Virus record (IMG/VR): IMGVR_UViG_3300032233_000294
Coordinates: 1-62,194 of that record
Length of the DNA stretch: 62,194 nucleotides
Reading direction: 5' to 3' (one strand)
Origin: a virus
Taxonomy: Duplodnaviria; Caudoviricetes
The notes below the pieces were generated by a model. It made no database searches and was not told the DNA's origin. It worked only from the letters and a program-made list of their open reading frames with translations. The translations under genes and the position numbers were made by a program. This document shows positions 46,101 through 55,002 of the stretch, piece by piece (the first letter of the stretch is position 1; each line of letters starts with the position of its first letter).

Positions 46101-47562
46101 ACTAGATAGCTGGAACAACATGTTTGAGTTTACAAGCCGTACAGCCATGTACTCTTTGTACAAAGAACGAGTACTTAAACAAAACATTGCTAAAGGCATG
46201 TCAGACAAGAAGGGGCCAAATGGTGAGCTATCTCCTGCCGAACGCGCTGCGGCTGAAGAATCCGCTGCGTTTACATTGAACCTTGCTAACTTTTCGCAAC
46301 AAGGCGAATGGGGCAAGATCATGGGTGGTTTGTATATGTTTATTAAGCCGTCATCTACCGGCGCTGTGCGCGCCCTTGAAGCGGTAATGCCCGCTTTCAC
46401 TACAGTAAAACGCGCAATGCAAGACTTGCCTCCTGTAATTGAAAACAATCCTACGGCAAAGGCTAAGTACCAAGAAACTTTTGAGCAGCGCCAATTTAAC
46501 GCTCGTGTAATGACAACAACATTGATTGCCGCTGGCATGGGTCTATTTGAGCTGTCCATGATGGGCGCTCCTGACGATGAATGGGAGCGTAACGCAGCGC
46601 GAACAGATAACATGGAGCAGTGGACGCGCTACGCTCGTTTTCATATTCCAAACGAAGTATCAGAAAGAATTGGGCTTGGTAAAGACATCGTGTTCCAAAT
46701 TCCGTGGGGTTTTGGCCCGGGCGCTTTTGCTGCTGCGGGTGCGCAATTTGCAGCTATGTTAGCAGGAACAATTTCTCCATGGGAAGCTTTCAGTAATACC
46801 ACGTTTACTGTTATGACCGATGCGTTTTTGCCGTTACCAATGTCTAAAATCCCAATTACAGATGCAAAGACTGCTGTTATGTGGTCATTAGACTCAGTAG
46901 CTCCTTCTACGATTCGCCCTTTTGTTGAGTGGATTGCAAACGTAAATGGTATTGGTCAAGCAATTAATAGCGCGTCTCAACGCCGTATGGGCGACGCCTA
47001 TACCGGCGGGGATCGTATCCCGGAAATTTACAAAGATGTAGCCGATGGTTTATTTGAGGCAACTGAAGGCTATATAGACTGGTCTCCCAACACAATGTAT
47101 TTCTTTACTAATAGCTATCTTGATGGCGTAGCTAAAATTGCAGAGTTAGGATACTCATGGACTAACCTTGGTAAAGGCGAAAAAGAATTTAATGCTAAAA
47201 CAGACTTGCCGTTGTTTGGTTCTTTCTTTGGCGCTAAGACCAACGTTGATTCTCGTGAGTACGGCAAAATAGAACAAAAAATTAAAGATATAGATAAACG
47301 TCTGTACACACTGGATAAACGTAATCCCGTGCTTTATGCAGAATTTGTAGCTAAAAATCCTTTATACCCAAGTATTGTTGAGCAGTACCAATCAGCGCAA
47401 GGTGAACTTAATGAAATACGTAAACGAGCTTTTGAAATTCGCAATAATAAATATTTGGCAATTAAAGACCGTGATGCGCTTTTAAAACTTGTTACCCTTG
47501 AACAAAACATGCTCAAGCACCGCCTCGTAGAAGACTTCAAAGCGATGGGTCTAGAGCGTTAA
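40126..47562 (+). CDS. Large polyvalent ejection protein (2478 aa) with a zincin motif and LPD38-like C-terminus
   Basis: N-terminal KARAAGY repeats; YDP....IYI...TILHEIIH...FEFVS; C-terminal IPWGFG...P.TIRPFVE...N.N..G. Confidence 0.7.
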   Translation: MALDIEKARAAGYSEAEIVDYLGKDSTLDIGKARAAGYDNAALIKHLSAPKQETPKPAAPAAPPVATGPKGKDTTQLSDDDETGNFMRGIYNYLPQLQETYGGAKVFAGMGLKKLGATETGQELIESGKESMDVGESKQLTRESDSLTKAFEKGIGTVVTDWLPYNIGSGIANIGETLAFMGIGAGVGAVTGAGVGAIPGAISGAISKTLVKKGIKEAAETIIEAEAKKAVAAGATKQAAKAAGEVAGTKFIEAQSKNVLLEASEMAAKAYGKAGAKSYGATAAMVGQAGLHGTGETTSRAVNEAERAGMDVEDIDYGRLATAAAVHSVADFFINKIGVNALKIGEQATQSLILDIGKRIAVTGLKEIPAEEIQTMAERYGANLSLTDAEALREYVDTAGAAFAMSVGPGTVGGAKTHYVNKLKKAGAEAETAGQTYKGDLTVNKDVVPPTAKGFDKESADLLMPASDAAGKPIVANVAAAEVTEATPAPKKPRTSGVALDSIEAATDYVQALDAGTKKPNTMQVNALMKTLGIAPPEKGEGYLGRSVAAVKARLAEQGAPDATGTNIEAGGGGPDVAALTDTEQAAAGDAGSQSRGMVSTRADAGPNLARTGPQPPPLISPVSQRIITDEYNAGATPAELITKYGGTPEAAANIDTFIKSLPPQGTTDGTATSQAKQTKAQGQASATRPAAGSVSLGSLAPEIQEDIQSRRDTVYEMVSEGAGANKIANAYKALNALEERLGLDITKPTTLSAKRDKQGRLKTQDLVDEGGQATATEQDRTPGYQGDDLQEAMNLADKYDKQEEQEKQKAYEESLGKGESRYDQDNLPSNAEENYDAVAEELNAKAETANETRKGLAAKVAGLTQQHRDAVNEVERLEDAIDAAERNNDQKKLATLREQESEANSRESNLLGDLIDSQTALQGHGVVQNQLKPWRKLDSTDKDIYFGYIRKNTPAEHRQAAAALLDAKNKAGVKSREGEGKMDAAERRAAQNYEDNRAQMSKLLGVQFPAWEKLSPAAKAVYLREIVNNAGQQQDVAFAKLGVKLVQDNKALSEQEKKRDQKNITDRQEEVRRKSEEQNEKDRKTREAYERNKPSASSLPNSVIQMIMNSDLQGVLDYMSNAKLDSKSAPTKRIMKAVAQALAAMKLNTKIQIVEASKIEGDLAQYDPVKDVIYITREGLSSNTILHEIIHAGTVKVINEYLYGNKGSLSQLQLAGVRQLERIMEETRGSLAVDHPEAYRKIKVDGKEKLNLFEFVSYALTSAQLQQDLHDESVAGAGAERLLKGVYGKENTITETIGKILPTDKSQWSKFKLAIARILKVRDEYLTKGKLDRTADTNYLMEIAAAFEDILVKPTEPIYLPVLPAKKAAAPAKAPKQAPKFQTSGLYEKDKSYKLSNKEKHGLDVEGDLSTIGRVKRAFSRHGWRDFVTKVQSRRHHIRAYENELAMAGLLVRDPTLAFNNVSEKQDLAINQGVRYAIDYLQQPLQKLHESFSDWLTSTNQNTEAGLEQFHKLGEMFGATEKRFTKWLMFVPLSKIQNLIHNGKPISAAERRIALVGDPRTGVDGLIHRVKLNAQQMAAINKELEYLATNHNDPFGDSPRISEKMRIRFAKPGSKHKGLDVDMDKPIFNALGIEKVTVDKRMAEFLAKSPEEQALIKEIFAQVKIVTDATAKLNEIGNYWSMPVSNIVGIYNYQYYMPFKGLSKHSKADDMIDPNSKMNGAELQDEIHSAEGRFSTSDNPLLQTIYDGYRAASRAGRKDFTQAVENAVEPTTKKDAYNPTGTGIIVGRVVKTVPFWERDTTDLSKYKGANSKYMFNYKADGSMNIIAIDNPKLLQAIRYPFQEKTPLWDAANRITGFFGSMHTRFNYNFAPKDFVVNTLTNAWVGATNEIVGPLGSVAYLKDVAMSVARNGLSKAMNIAVLHEIGNAGSKKIMSDMAAKDSFVRDMLEMIRYGGKSTYMESFSLKSNLENLSQNSFGKNNIITDPISATKLLDSWNNMFEFTSRTAMYSLYKERVLKQNIAKGMSDKKGPNGELSPAERAAAEESAAFTLNLANFSQQGEWGKIMGGLYMFIKPSSTGAVRALEAVMPAFTTVKRAMQDLPPVIENNPTAKAKYQETFEQRQFNARVMTTTLIAAGMGLFELSMMGAPDDEWERNAARTDNMEQWTRYARFHIPNEVSERIGLGKDIVFQIPWGFGPGAFAAAGAQFAAMLAGTISPWEAFSNTTFTVMTDAFLPLPMSKIPITDAKTAVMWSLDSVAPSTIRPFVEWIANVNGIGQAINSASQRRMGDAYTGGDRIPEIYKDVADGLFEATEGYIDWSPNTMYFFTNSYLDGVAKIAELGYSWTNLGKGEKEFNAKTDLPLFGSFFGAKTNVDSREYGKIEQKIKDIDKRLYTLDKRNPVLYAEFVAKNPLYPSIVEQYQSAQGELNEIRKRAFEIRNNKYLAIKDRDALLKLVTLEQNMLKHRLVEDFKAMGLER

Positions 47563-47765
47563 CGGACGCGCCAAGCGCGGACTCCAATGTGATTGTCTTT
47601 GTGCGTGACATAGCACTTGACTCTCACATCGGCGCGCTTGGCTCCGCTTTCTAAGACGTAGATCATCTCAGCAGGGCGCAAGGTGGGGATGAAAAAACTC
47701 TCCCCCACCTCCATTGCATCAAACGGGAATATCCACTCTGGTTCTTTGATGTCACTGGGATTCAT
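47559..47765 (-). CDS. Small probable DNA-binding protein
   Basis: FPFDAMEVGESFFIP...GVRAWR; start reassigned to ATG 47765. Confidence 0.6.
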   Translation of the reverse strand: MNPSDIKEPEWIFPFDAMEVGESFFIPTLRPAEMIYVLESGAKRADVRVKCYVTHKDNHIGVRAWRVR

Positions 47766-50607
47766 TAAACAAGTCGCTTGGAATCTCAGTTTTGAACCAA
47801 TAGAGATATGCAGGATCAACGCTGATCGCTGACTTCCAGCCAGTAGTGAGGCGTCCCTTCTTGTCGTCTACGAGAATCTTCTTCTCCCGCATGTCAAACT
47901 CAAACTCACGCAAACTCACTTGACGCTCCGCGAGGAACTTCTTGAACTCAGTCTTAGACACTTGCAAGAGACCTTCTTCACTGACGATGCGCCCTACGAG
48001 TTGGCCCCGGGGTTCCATAGTGACCTTGCCATCCTTGAGTACAAGTATGTTGCCCATGTTCTTGTTGATAAAGTCGCCAAGCAGAGACGGGTAGTCGGTG
48101 CGGTTAACCTTCACAACCTTGTCCCTGATCTCAATCATTGCCAGCACAGTCTGGTGGTAGATGCGTTCAAGGTCGTAGCCCGTGATGTTGTGTTCGTTAG
48201 CGATGGAGCCGCCGCCAAACGTTGAGCCGATCAAGTTCTGATAGAAGCGGTACTCAGCGTAGATGCCAAAGTCTTTCTCAAACCTCTCGTCCCATCTGGC
48301 GATGTGATCCAGCACATAGTTGTCGCCGCCTTTCAGAATCTCCTTGATGTACATCGGCCCTGCATGCCCGTAGTTGAAACGGAACGCATCAAAGATGTAC
48401 TTTCCCATCTTGCCGTCTTGATTGAGCAAGCTAGGTCTGTGGATTAAAAACTCAATCACACGAGCCGCCTCGCCATCGGGGCTAGCCTTCAGAGAGTCAA
48501 GCTTACCGTAGACAGAGTGATTGTTAGTTAGCATAGCAATCAGTGACGCGGACATCTCATACTCACGCTCAGCGTTGACCGAACCCTGCATACGAATCTT
48601 GGCCTTGCCATGAGACACGTTGTGAATCAAATTGCTCAAGTCCTCAGGCTTCTTGTCGCCCACCTCATCAAGCCCAAACATCAAGCTGTGCAGTCCAAGG
48701 TAGCGCCCAGTCAAGCCGTTGTCTGTGGCCTTCACCACGCTCAAATCCTTGGGATGCCCAAAGATACTTAGCCCACCGTACATTGCGCCGGTCTTGGCAT
48801 TGCCAGAGCGCCCAGTAAGGCTCACAGTCACTCCGGAAGTTGACGTATAAGGCATTAATGGGGAGCCAAACCCGCACATAGACGCAAAGGCATGCAGTTC
48901 AAACTCTGGCTTGTTTAGATAGTCCATCGACTCACGCCAACGCGCAAACGTGCCAGCTTGTGTCAGGTGTTTGGCTAAGCCACGAACAAAGGGCGACGAT
49001 GGCGCATCAAGAACTTCACCTGATAGCGTGTACTCCTTCTTGCCAATAACGAAGCTACGCTTGTCCCAGTTGGAGTTATCAGAGGTGCGCTCTTCTGTCC
49101 ACCCCATCTGCATGCGCATCTGCAACGCCTTGTCAGTTGTCTGGAGGTACTGCCCCCATTTGATGATGTAGTTCATAAGATGTTGGTCATTTACTGATGC
49201 AAACAATACGCCGTTGCTGGTCGTGATTGCTTTGAACGCTTCCTTGGCGTAGACGCTTTTCATAGGAAGCAAGAAGTCACGGAACCCGTCGTGCGGCAAC
49301 TCGTAGCGCATCTGCAAGCACTCGCCGTCATGTGGGCTGATCATGCGCGTTAGCGGGTACAGATCGCTAGAGAGAATCAGTACAGGGTCATCCTGATGCT
49401 TGACGCCCTTCTTGTCAACTTTGGCGGGGGGAACAAAGTAAATGCCTCCGTTCACTCCTCGGACGTAGGGGTAGAGGTACTCGGGGAAATCAGGAACCTT
49501 TTGGGTATGCGGGACTTCCCAAACTGCGTCCTCTTTATTTGTCGCGGGGGCTGGTTTGAATTGTTTACCCAAAACAATTGGGCTTGTGATCCTACCTCTG
49601 TGCTGACATCCATCGCATCGACTGGGGTAGTTGTCAATGAACCACTCACAGGTTCGTGGAGCAGGAATGGCATCTGCCTTTTCTTCTGTTTTTGCATGGT
49701 CGTATCTTGGGTCTGGGTTGGATAACTCATGGATAGCAGTCGCGCCATCATCACAAAACTTAGCGATGGATAGGCCTGCCCGCCACAACGGCTCTTCTAA
49801 AGAGGCGGCGTTCTCACAGATGTATTTAATCTGAGCGCAGCCACCTTCCTCGTCAACACTTTTTTGCGCCAACACCTCAAACGTTTTCGCAAAGTTGTCT
49901 AGCTTCAGAATTGCTTTGGTGTCCTCGTCAACGCCCTTGGGTATGCTTGCAAGGATGTCTTCCGCATTAAGCTCCTCTTGTGTCTGTGGGACTGCCGGTG
50001 CGGTTGGCGCTACACCAAAAAAGTCTTTAAACTCGTTCCAGTTGTAGACATGAATCTCGTCACTAACAACGGACGTTGGCTCTGGCGGGTCAAACTTGTA
50101 GTTGAGCGTCTCAGGTGCGCGCATGATACGGGCGGCATCTGCTGTAACCACTGGGTCAATAGATATATGCTGGAGACATAACGCTTTGAATTTCTCAGCG
50201 ACCGGCTTCCACTCATCTCGTGGGATGTCCTCATCCATGATCCAGTAGGCGTGTATGCCGCCACCTGAGTCAATCACCACTGGGTCAGGTAACCCAGTCT
50301 CCCCAACCAGTTTGTAAAGCGCTGTGTGTGCATCGCCCTTTGATTGGTAGTCTTTTCCCGCACCGACATCTAAGTCAATGAAGAACGATCGCACGAAGAG
50401 GCAGTCGTCTGCTTTCCTGCTGTAACCCTCAAACGTTCCAAGCGCAACGAAAGTGTTGGCTCCCTTTTTCTTGAACGTCTCTATCTGTGCAAATACGTCA
50501 TCAAGTGTCTCTGCGAATTTATTGGAAACCTTTTTGTCAGTCCCAATGCTTGTTATGCAATAGACACCCTGCGTAGGCAATGCTTTCTCGTAGAATTGTT
50601 TTAACAT
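47752..50607 (-). CDS. AEP-type primase fused to a DUF927 helicase
   Basis: FIDLD, SGGGIHAYW, ARIMRAP; Cys cluster TC...CDGC.H; Walker A-like GRSGNAKT; Walker B GLDE. Confidence 0.85.
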   Translation of the reverse strand: MLKQFYEKALPTQGVYCITSIGTDKKVSNKFAETLDDVFAQIETFKKKGANTFVALGTFEGYSRKADDCLFVRSFFIDLDVGAGKDYQSKGDAHTALYKLVGETGLPDPVVIDSGGGIHAYWIMDEDIPRDEWKPVAEKFKALCLQHISIDPVVTADAARIMRAPETLNYKFDPPEPTSVVSDEIHVYNWNEFKDFFGVAPTAPAVPQTQEELNAEDILASIPKGVDEDTKAILKLDNFAKTFEVLAQKSVDEEGGCAQIKYICENAASLEEPLWRAGLSIAKFCDDGATAIHELSNPDPRYDHAKTEEKADAIPAPRTCEWFIDNYPSRCDGCQHRGRITSPIVLGKQFKPAPATNKEDAVWEVPHTQKVPDFPEYLYPYVRGVNGGIYFVPPAKVDKKGVKHQDDPVLILSSDLYPLTRMISPHDGECLQMRYELPHDGFRDFLLPMKSVYAKEAFKAITTSNGVLFASVNDQHLMNYIIKWGQYLQTTDKALQMRMQMGWTEERTSDNSNWDKRSFVIGKKEYTLSGEVLDAPSSPFVRGLAKHLTQAGTFARWRESMDYLNKPEFELHAFASMCGFGSPLMPYTSTSGVTVSLTGRSGNAKTGAMYGGLSIFGHPKDLSVVKATDNGLTGRYLGLHSLMFGLDEVGDKKPEDLSNLIHNVSHGKAKIRMQGSVNAEREYEMSASLIAMLTNNHSVYGKLDSLKASPDGEAARVIEFLIHRPSLLNQDGKMGKYIFDAFRFNYGHAGPMYIKEILKGGDNYVLDHIARWDERFEKDFGIYAEYRFYQNLIGSTFGGGSIANEHNITGYDLERIYHQTVLAMIEIRDKVVKVNRTDYPSLLGDFINKNMGNILVLKDGKVTMEPRGQLVGRIVSEEGLLQVSKTEFKKFLAERQVSLREFEFDMREKKILVDDKKGRLTTGWKSAISVDPAYLYWFKTEIPSDLFNESQ

Positions 50608-50692
50608 GTCTCGCCAGAGTTGAAAAGAGCGGAACTATGCCCGCTCGGTAAATGGGTGGGGGTACTAGCACAGCGTTCCCCCCGATTTCTAT

Positions 50693-51007
50693 TTAGTCAA
50701 ATTTCCTCCCGACCATATCTTCAAGGTACGCTTTAGCCAGTGCGGTGTTCTTTGCTGGAAGAAGACCTTTGGCAGTGTCACTCTCAATCAAGTCAGTCAG
50801 TGTCTCAACCTTAATAAGGTTGTTATGGCGCAAAGGTTTGCCACGGAACCAACTGAAGACCGTCATGCGAGTTACCTCTAACGCACTGGCTACGTACTTT
50901 GCAGGGAGATTCGCATTCACGCAAGCAAGCGCCAGTGCAATGCCAGCCCTATTGGGATTGGCCTTGTGCAACTCAATCAAAAAAGCTTCGCTGTATGTCC
51001 GTGACAT
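50693..51007 (-). CDS. Cro/XRE-like HTH regulator
   Basis: AKYVASALEVTRMTVFSWFRG. Confidence 0.75.
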   Translation of the reverse strand: MSRTYSEAFLIELHKANPNRAGIALALACVNANLPAKYVASALEVTRMTVFSWFRGKPLRHNNLIKVETLTDLIESDTAKGLLPAKNTALAKAYLEDMVGRKFD

Positions 51008-51016
51008 CCCTACTCC

Positions 51017-51871
51017 TTATTTTTTAGACCACTTTTTCACCACGTCTGAGATGTCTTTCTCTTCGACTGCGGCGGCTTTTTTAGACTCAACCTTGACGGG
51101 AGGAGCTTCGTCTTCAACGATTTCGTTGCGGTGGCTAGGTACTTCAACTTCGCCTGTGCTGTCCGCTTGGAACACGTTCATCTTGATAGCGGCTTCAGCC
51201 ACTGGGCTCTTGGCTTGATTCGCAATGGTCTGCAAATCTTCGTCGGGAACCTTACCAGCTGGCGAGAACATAACCTTTGGCGTAGGAGATTTTGTATCGA
51301 AGGCCATCTTAGTGATTACGCGGCCGGCGCTTACATTGTGTGAGGCCAAGTGCTGGATGTACGGACGAAACGGGAATCGACCATTGTCTTCCTTGCCAAA
51401 CGCTGAAGTAGCTGGCAGCACCAACTGCATCACATCACCTGACGGATCGTTAGGCAAGACCACGGCTGTGCGCCATGACAAGCGGCAGGCTGTACCTGTG
51501 CCGCCCTGACCAGAACCTTTGACAGACTTGGTGCAGTCAAGGCAGGTAGAAGCGCAGGGAGTCTTGACATCTGCGTCAGGCTTCTCTGAGTCAGTAGACC
51601 AGCACACTGGGCTGACCTTCTGACCTTCTACATACGTGGCATCGTAGAACATGCGGGAGGCTTTGTGGGCCATCTTGACGAAGATCACGTTCATGTGACG
51701 GTCTTCAATAGCGCCAATTTCTTTGCCACCAGAGTACTTGCGGAACACGCCACCCTTGATAGAGATGCGTTTGTTTCCGCGAGCGCCACCTGCTACGGCA
51801 AGTGTGTCTTCATCCAAACCAGCGATAGGTGTTAATGCACCGCTGAACATTGCTGCGAGATCGTTACTCAT
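51017..51871 (-). CDS. Probable ssDNA-binding protein
   Basis: RISIKGGVFR, CWS..C..C...GS...ACR, LPATS; acidic tail; located in the replication module. Confidence 0.6.
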   Translation of the reverse strand: MSNDLAAMFSGALTPIAGLDEDTLAVAGGARGNKRISIKGGVFRKYSGGKEIGAIEDRHMNVIFVKMAHKASRMFYDATYVEGQKVSPVCWSTDSEKPDADVKTPCASTCLDCTKSVKGSGQGGTGTACRLSWRTAVVLPNDPSGDVMQLVLPATSAFGKEDNGRFPFRPYIQHLASHNVSAGRVITKMAFDTKSPTPKVMFSPAGKVPDEDLQTIANQAKSPVAEAAIKMNVFQADSTGEVEVPSHRNEIVEDEAPPVKVESKKAAAVEEKDISDVVKKWSKK

Positions 51872-51898
51872 GATAATTTTCCTGTTACTAGATTGAAC

Positions 51899-52309
51899 TT
51901 AATTGGAGGGTTTGCGCACGACAATCGTGAACTCCCTCATCACATTCACGCCGGGCGGGAGACCTTCTCCTTGATGCTCAGCCATGAACTCTTTGAAATT
52001 GCCCTGATGGATACGACGTTCCAGCAAGTCAATCGCCTCGTTGTCCAGAACGAACTTCTTGAAGTTGTCCCAGTCATTTGTAGTGAACCGCTCCTTGAGG
52101 GAACGAATCACTGTGCCGCTTTCGGTGCGGATACTGCTTGCGTTTGTATCGTTGCACACTGTCAGCATGGACTGCTCAAGCAGTTTCATCTCCTGCTCTA
52201 GCTCACCATCTTTTACTTCCCAACTCGATTTGAGTCTCTCACGCTCATTTCGTATTGTCAAGTAAATCTTGACTAATTCATCAAGATTTGTCTCAGTAGT
52301 TTCACTCAT
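51899..52309 (-). CDS. Conserved replication-module protein
   Basis: Coiled coil then SIRT..GT, DWD.F..F, LLERRI, PPG. Confidence 0.7.
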   Translation of the reverse strand: MSETTETNLDELVKIYLTIRNERERLKSSWEVKDGELEQEMKLLEQSMLTVCNDTNASSIRTESGTVIRSLKERFTTNDWDNFKKFVLDNEAIDLLERRIHQGNFKEFMAEHQGEGLPPGVNVMREFTIVVRKPSN

Positions 52310-53862
52310 ATCCCTAGCTCCTCTTTGTACAGATCGACCAGTCTTTCGTGCGTGTCAACCTTGCCTTGCAACATCTGATAGACCTTACGCTCAGCCTCTG
52401 AGCCTTGCAGATGGACAACTGTCATGCTGTTCTTCTGCCCGACTCGGTCGATACGCGCCACGCATTGCAGGTAAGTCTCTACGCTCATAACGGGAGACCA
52501 GAACACAACTGTGTCTGCGGCGGTCAGCGTAACGCCATGCGATGCTGCCTGTGGTTGAATCACTAGAACTCGTGGATCTGTTTGTGTTTGAAATCGATTG
52601 ATGATTTCGGACCGCTCTCTAGCGGGTACGTCTCCGTTAATTATTTCGTTGGCTACTCCTTGCGTGGTTAAATGACGTGCAACTAAAACGATGGTGTGCC
52701 GGAACGGGACAAACACAACGACCTTGTGCTGTGTCTCATCTAGCACCTCCATCAGTGCATTCAGGCGTGGTGACACGTCAAACTCCACCACCTCTTTGTT
52801 GTCGGTATAGATTGCTCCTCCCGACAACTGCAACAACTTACTCAGCTTCGCTGCCGCATTGACAGCGCTGATCTGTTCACCCGCTGCCTCTATCAGCAGC
52901 TGGTTCTTTAGCTCACGGTAGTACCTGTTAACTTGCGGCGTTAACGGCACTTCACGGGTCTGGTACACCAACTCAGGCAAGTCAAGACAATCAGCCTTCT
53001 CAAAGCGTATGGCAGGTTGCAGGGCGGTGAACACTTCTTGCTGTGCGATAGCTCGGGGAACCCACTTGAACTTGCTGATAGGTTGCATCACGCGATCACG
53101 CCAAGCTGTGAAGTACTTGGGTACGCCAGCAGGGTTGACCAGCTTTGCTAGCCCGAACGCATCCAGCGGGGACTGCGAGGCAGGTGTGCCTGTCATCATC
53201 CAGAGGCGGGTCGAAGGGGTGATCAATTTAGCCAAGGTCTTCCAACGTTTTGTCGATACTGTTTTATATGCGTTGGCCTCATCAATAACAATTAGGTCAA
53301 ACCCTACTTTACTAATATCTTCTTGAACAATGTTGACCCCATCGAAGTTGATGACAACAAATTCGTACTCTCCTTTAATAATCTTTTTGCGCTTGGATGC
53401 GTCTCCGTAAGCAACACCAACTGTTCTGTGCATGGCGGTCTTGAAGATATCTGCTTGCCACGCTGAGTACATGATGGACAAGGGGCAGACGATCAAGACT
53501 CGTCTGACTATCCCCAACTGCATGAGGTAGTCTGCCGCCCAAATGACTGAGGAGGTCTTGCCTGTGCCAGCTTCGTTGAAACAGAAGCAGCGGTCTCTCA
53601 AGGATAGGAACGATGAAGTAACTTTTTGGTGAGCGAACGGCTGGTACATGCCGGGCCAGTCGTACTCCTTGAGCATTGGGTTAGGAGCATCTCCATAGAT
53701 GCGTACAAGGCGTTGCATCTCGGGTACGCCCCAGTACACCGCTACCTCTGCGTTTGTGCCATCGTCTTTGAGCACCTCGCACCTGTCTATGTGTCCAACG
53801 AGAAATTGCAACTCGCCGGACGGAATTACCATGTGGACAACTGTGTCCTGCACTACATTCAT
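52306..53862 (-). CDS. SNF2-family helicase
   Basis: EAGTGKT, IDEAN, MTGTP, HGVTLTAA, Q..ARIDRVGQ. Confidence 0.9.
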   Translation of the reverse strand: MNVVQDTVVHMVIPSGELQFLVGHIDRCEVLKDDGTNAEVAVYWGVPEMQRLVRIYGDAPNPMLKEYDWPGMYQPFAHQKVTSSFLSLRDRCFCFNEAGTGKTSSVIWAADYLMQLGIVRRVLIVCPLSIMYSAWQADIFKTAMHRTVGVAYGDASKRKKIIKGEYEFVVINFDGVNIVQEDISKVGFDLIVIDEANAYKTVSTKRWKTLAKLITPSTRLWMMTGTPASQSPLDAFGLAKLVNPAGVPKYFTAWRDRVMQPISKFKWVPRAIAQQEVFTALQPAIRFEKADCLDLPELVYQTREVPLTPQVNRYYRELKNQLLIEAAGEQISAVNAAAKLSKLLQLSGGAIYTDNKEVVEFDVSPRLNALMEVLDETQHKVVVFVPFRHTIVLVARHLTTQGVANEIINGDVPARERSEIINRFQTQTDPRVLVIQPQAASHGVTLTAADTVVFWSPVMSVETYLQCVARIDRVGQKNSMTVVHLQGSEAERKVYQMLQGKVDTHERLVDLYKEELGI

Positions 53863-53886
53863 ACTGTTCCTTACTGTGTTAAAACG

Positions 53887-54016
53887 TGGCCCCTTACGGG
53901 GGCTAGTCGGTTAAGCCTGTCGTGCAGAAAGGAGATGGAGTACTCTGTCACCGCTTAACTGACATGGTTACAAAAGGGGTAGGCAACTGCAAGAATGTCA
54001 ACCCCCCAGCCTACTC
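53887..54016. ncRNA. Intergenic multi-hairpin element
   Basis: Stems at 53887-53905, 53906-16/53953-63 and 53977-84/54009-16. Confidence 0.4.
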
Positions 54017-54037
54017 ACTCATGCCTAACAGTAGAGA

Positions 54038-54349
54038 TTACTTCTTGCGCTCTTTCTTGCTTGTCTCTGACACCAAGTTTCCCTTAGTGTCTCGTTTGAA
54101 TGAACGGTTCTTTGCCGCGCTTTGAATGCGCAGCCCGTCCTTGTTAGAGCCGCCTTTGTCAAGGGCTTTAACGTGGGACACATCCTTGCCTTCACGCTTG
54201 TCAGCTTTGCCGTTGCCGTTGGCATCAGACCCTGTCTTGTCGATTGCTCGACGCCCCTTCTGACGCTCCATGCGGCGCTCATGCTCACCGCGAGTCTTTT
54301 GCTGTTGATACTCTTTGTCGTAGGGGCGAGGTTTGTTGACGTAGGCCAT
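54038..54349 (-). CDS. HNH-like basic protein
   Basis: KDVSHVKALDKGGSN...NRS; start reassigned to ATG 54349. Confidence 0.65.
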   Translation of the reverse strand: MAYVNKPRPYDKEYQQQKTRGEHERRMERQKGRRAIDKTGSDANGNGKADKREGKDVSHVKALDKGGSNKDGLRIQSAAKNRSFKRDTKGNLVSETSKKERKK

Positions 54350-55002
54350 TATCTTTCCTTGTGATGAGTGCAAGTGTTTACGGGACACCAGCCGCAGAGG
54401 GGTGTTGGATTGGGACTCCAGACATCCTTTATATACGATGTATCGAGACGATTCAAGTCGGGGTAAAAGGCGTCCCAAAGCTCTGAAATGTCTTCTCTAG
54501 AATATTCTTCAGTCATAAAACTGTTCTGCACTACGAAGAGTAAACCCGCTTTGATCCGGTTGATCTCAGGATAGTGGGCGAACGCCATGAGCGCCATCAG
54601 CTTTAACTGTTTTGGCTCAGGGTACTTGTTGCTTCCGGTCTTGTAGTCGATGATGAACGCTGTATCGCCGTCAATGATCATCAAGTCCACGATGCCCCGC
54701 ACCCAGTAGCCCTTGCCGTACTCACATGCCTTACCTTCGGCGTCAAGCGCCATCCTCTGCTCGGGGTGTCGAGTTCCCTCAATCTCCATGAGCGTATCAA
54801 GCACAGGTTTGAACTGTTGATAGTTCTTGGCAAGAGGCTTGCCTTCAGCGACGTAATCTTCACAGGCCTTGTGTACCTCATTGCCATACGTCATCTGCGC
54901 GGTCGGCTTGATGTAGAAGCGCTTAAGTACCTTGATTTCTTGGTACTGCTTGGGGCAGTTGACGTACTGCTTTAAGGACGAGAAAGACCATGTGAAATTC
55001 AT
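54349..55002 (-). CDS. PD-(D/E)XK Cas4-like exonuclease
   Basis: SFSSL....CP, GIVDL, IDYKTG, QL, C-terminal CGWC....C. Confidence 0.88.
   Translation of the reverse strand: MNFTWSFSSLKQYVNCPKQYQEIKVLKRFYIKPTAQMTYGNEVHKACEDYVAEGKPLAKNYQQFKPVLDTLMEIEGTRHPEQRMALDAEGKACEYGKGYWVRGIVDLMIIDGDTAFIIDYKTGSNKYPEPKQLKLMALMAFAHYPEINRIKAGLLFVVQNSFMTEEYSREDISELWDAFYPDLNRLDTSYIKDVWSPNPTPLCGWCPVNTCTHHKER

Noticed and set aside
53863-54037. tRNA gene
   Set aside because: No cloverleaf, T-loop GTTC consensus or acceptor stem; no tRNA was recognised anywhere in the window by eye
54349-55002. Cas4 as evidence of a CRISPR system
   Set aside because: Stand-alone Cas4-like exonucleases are routine in phage replication modules
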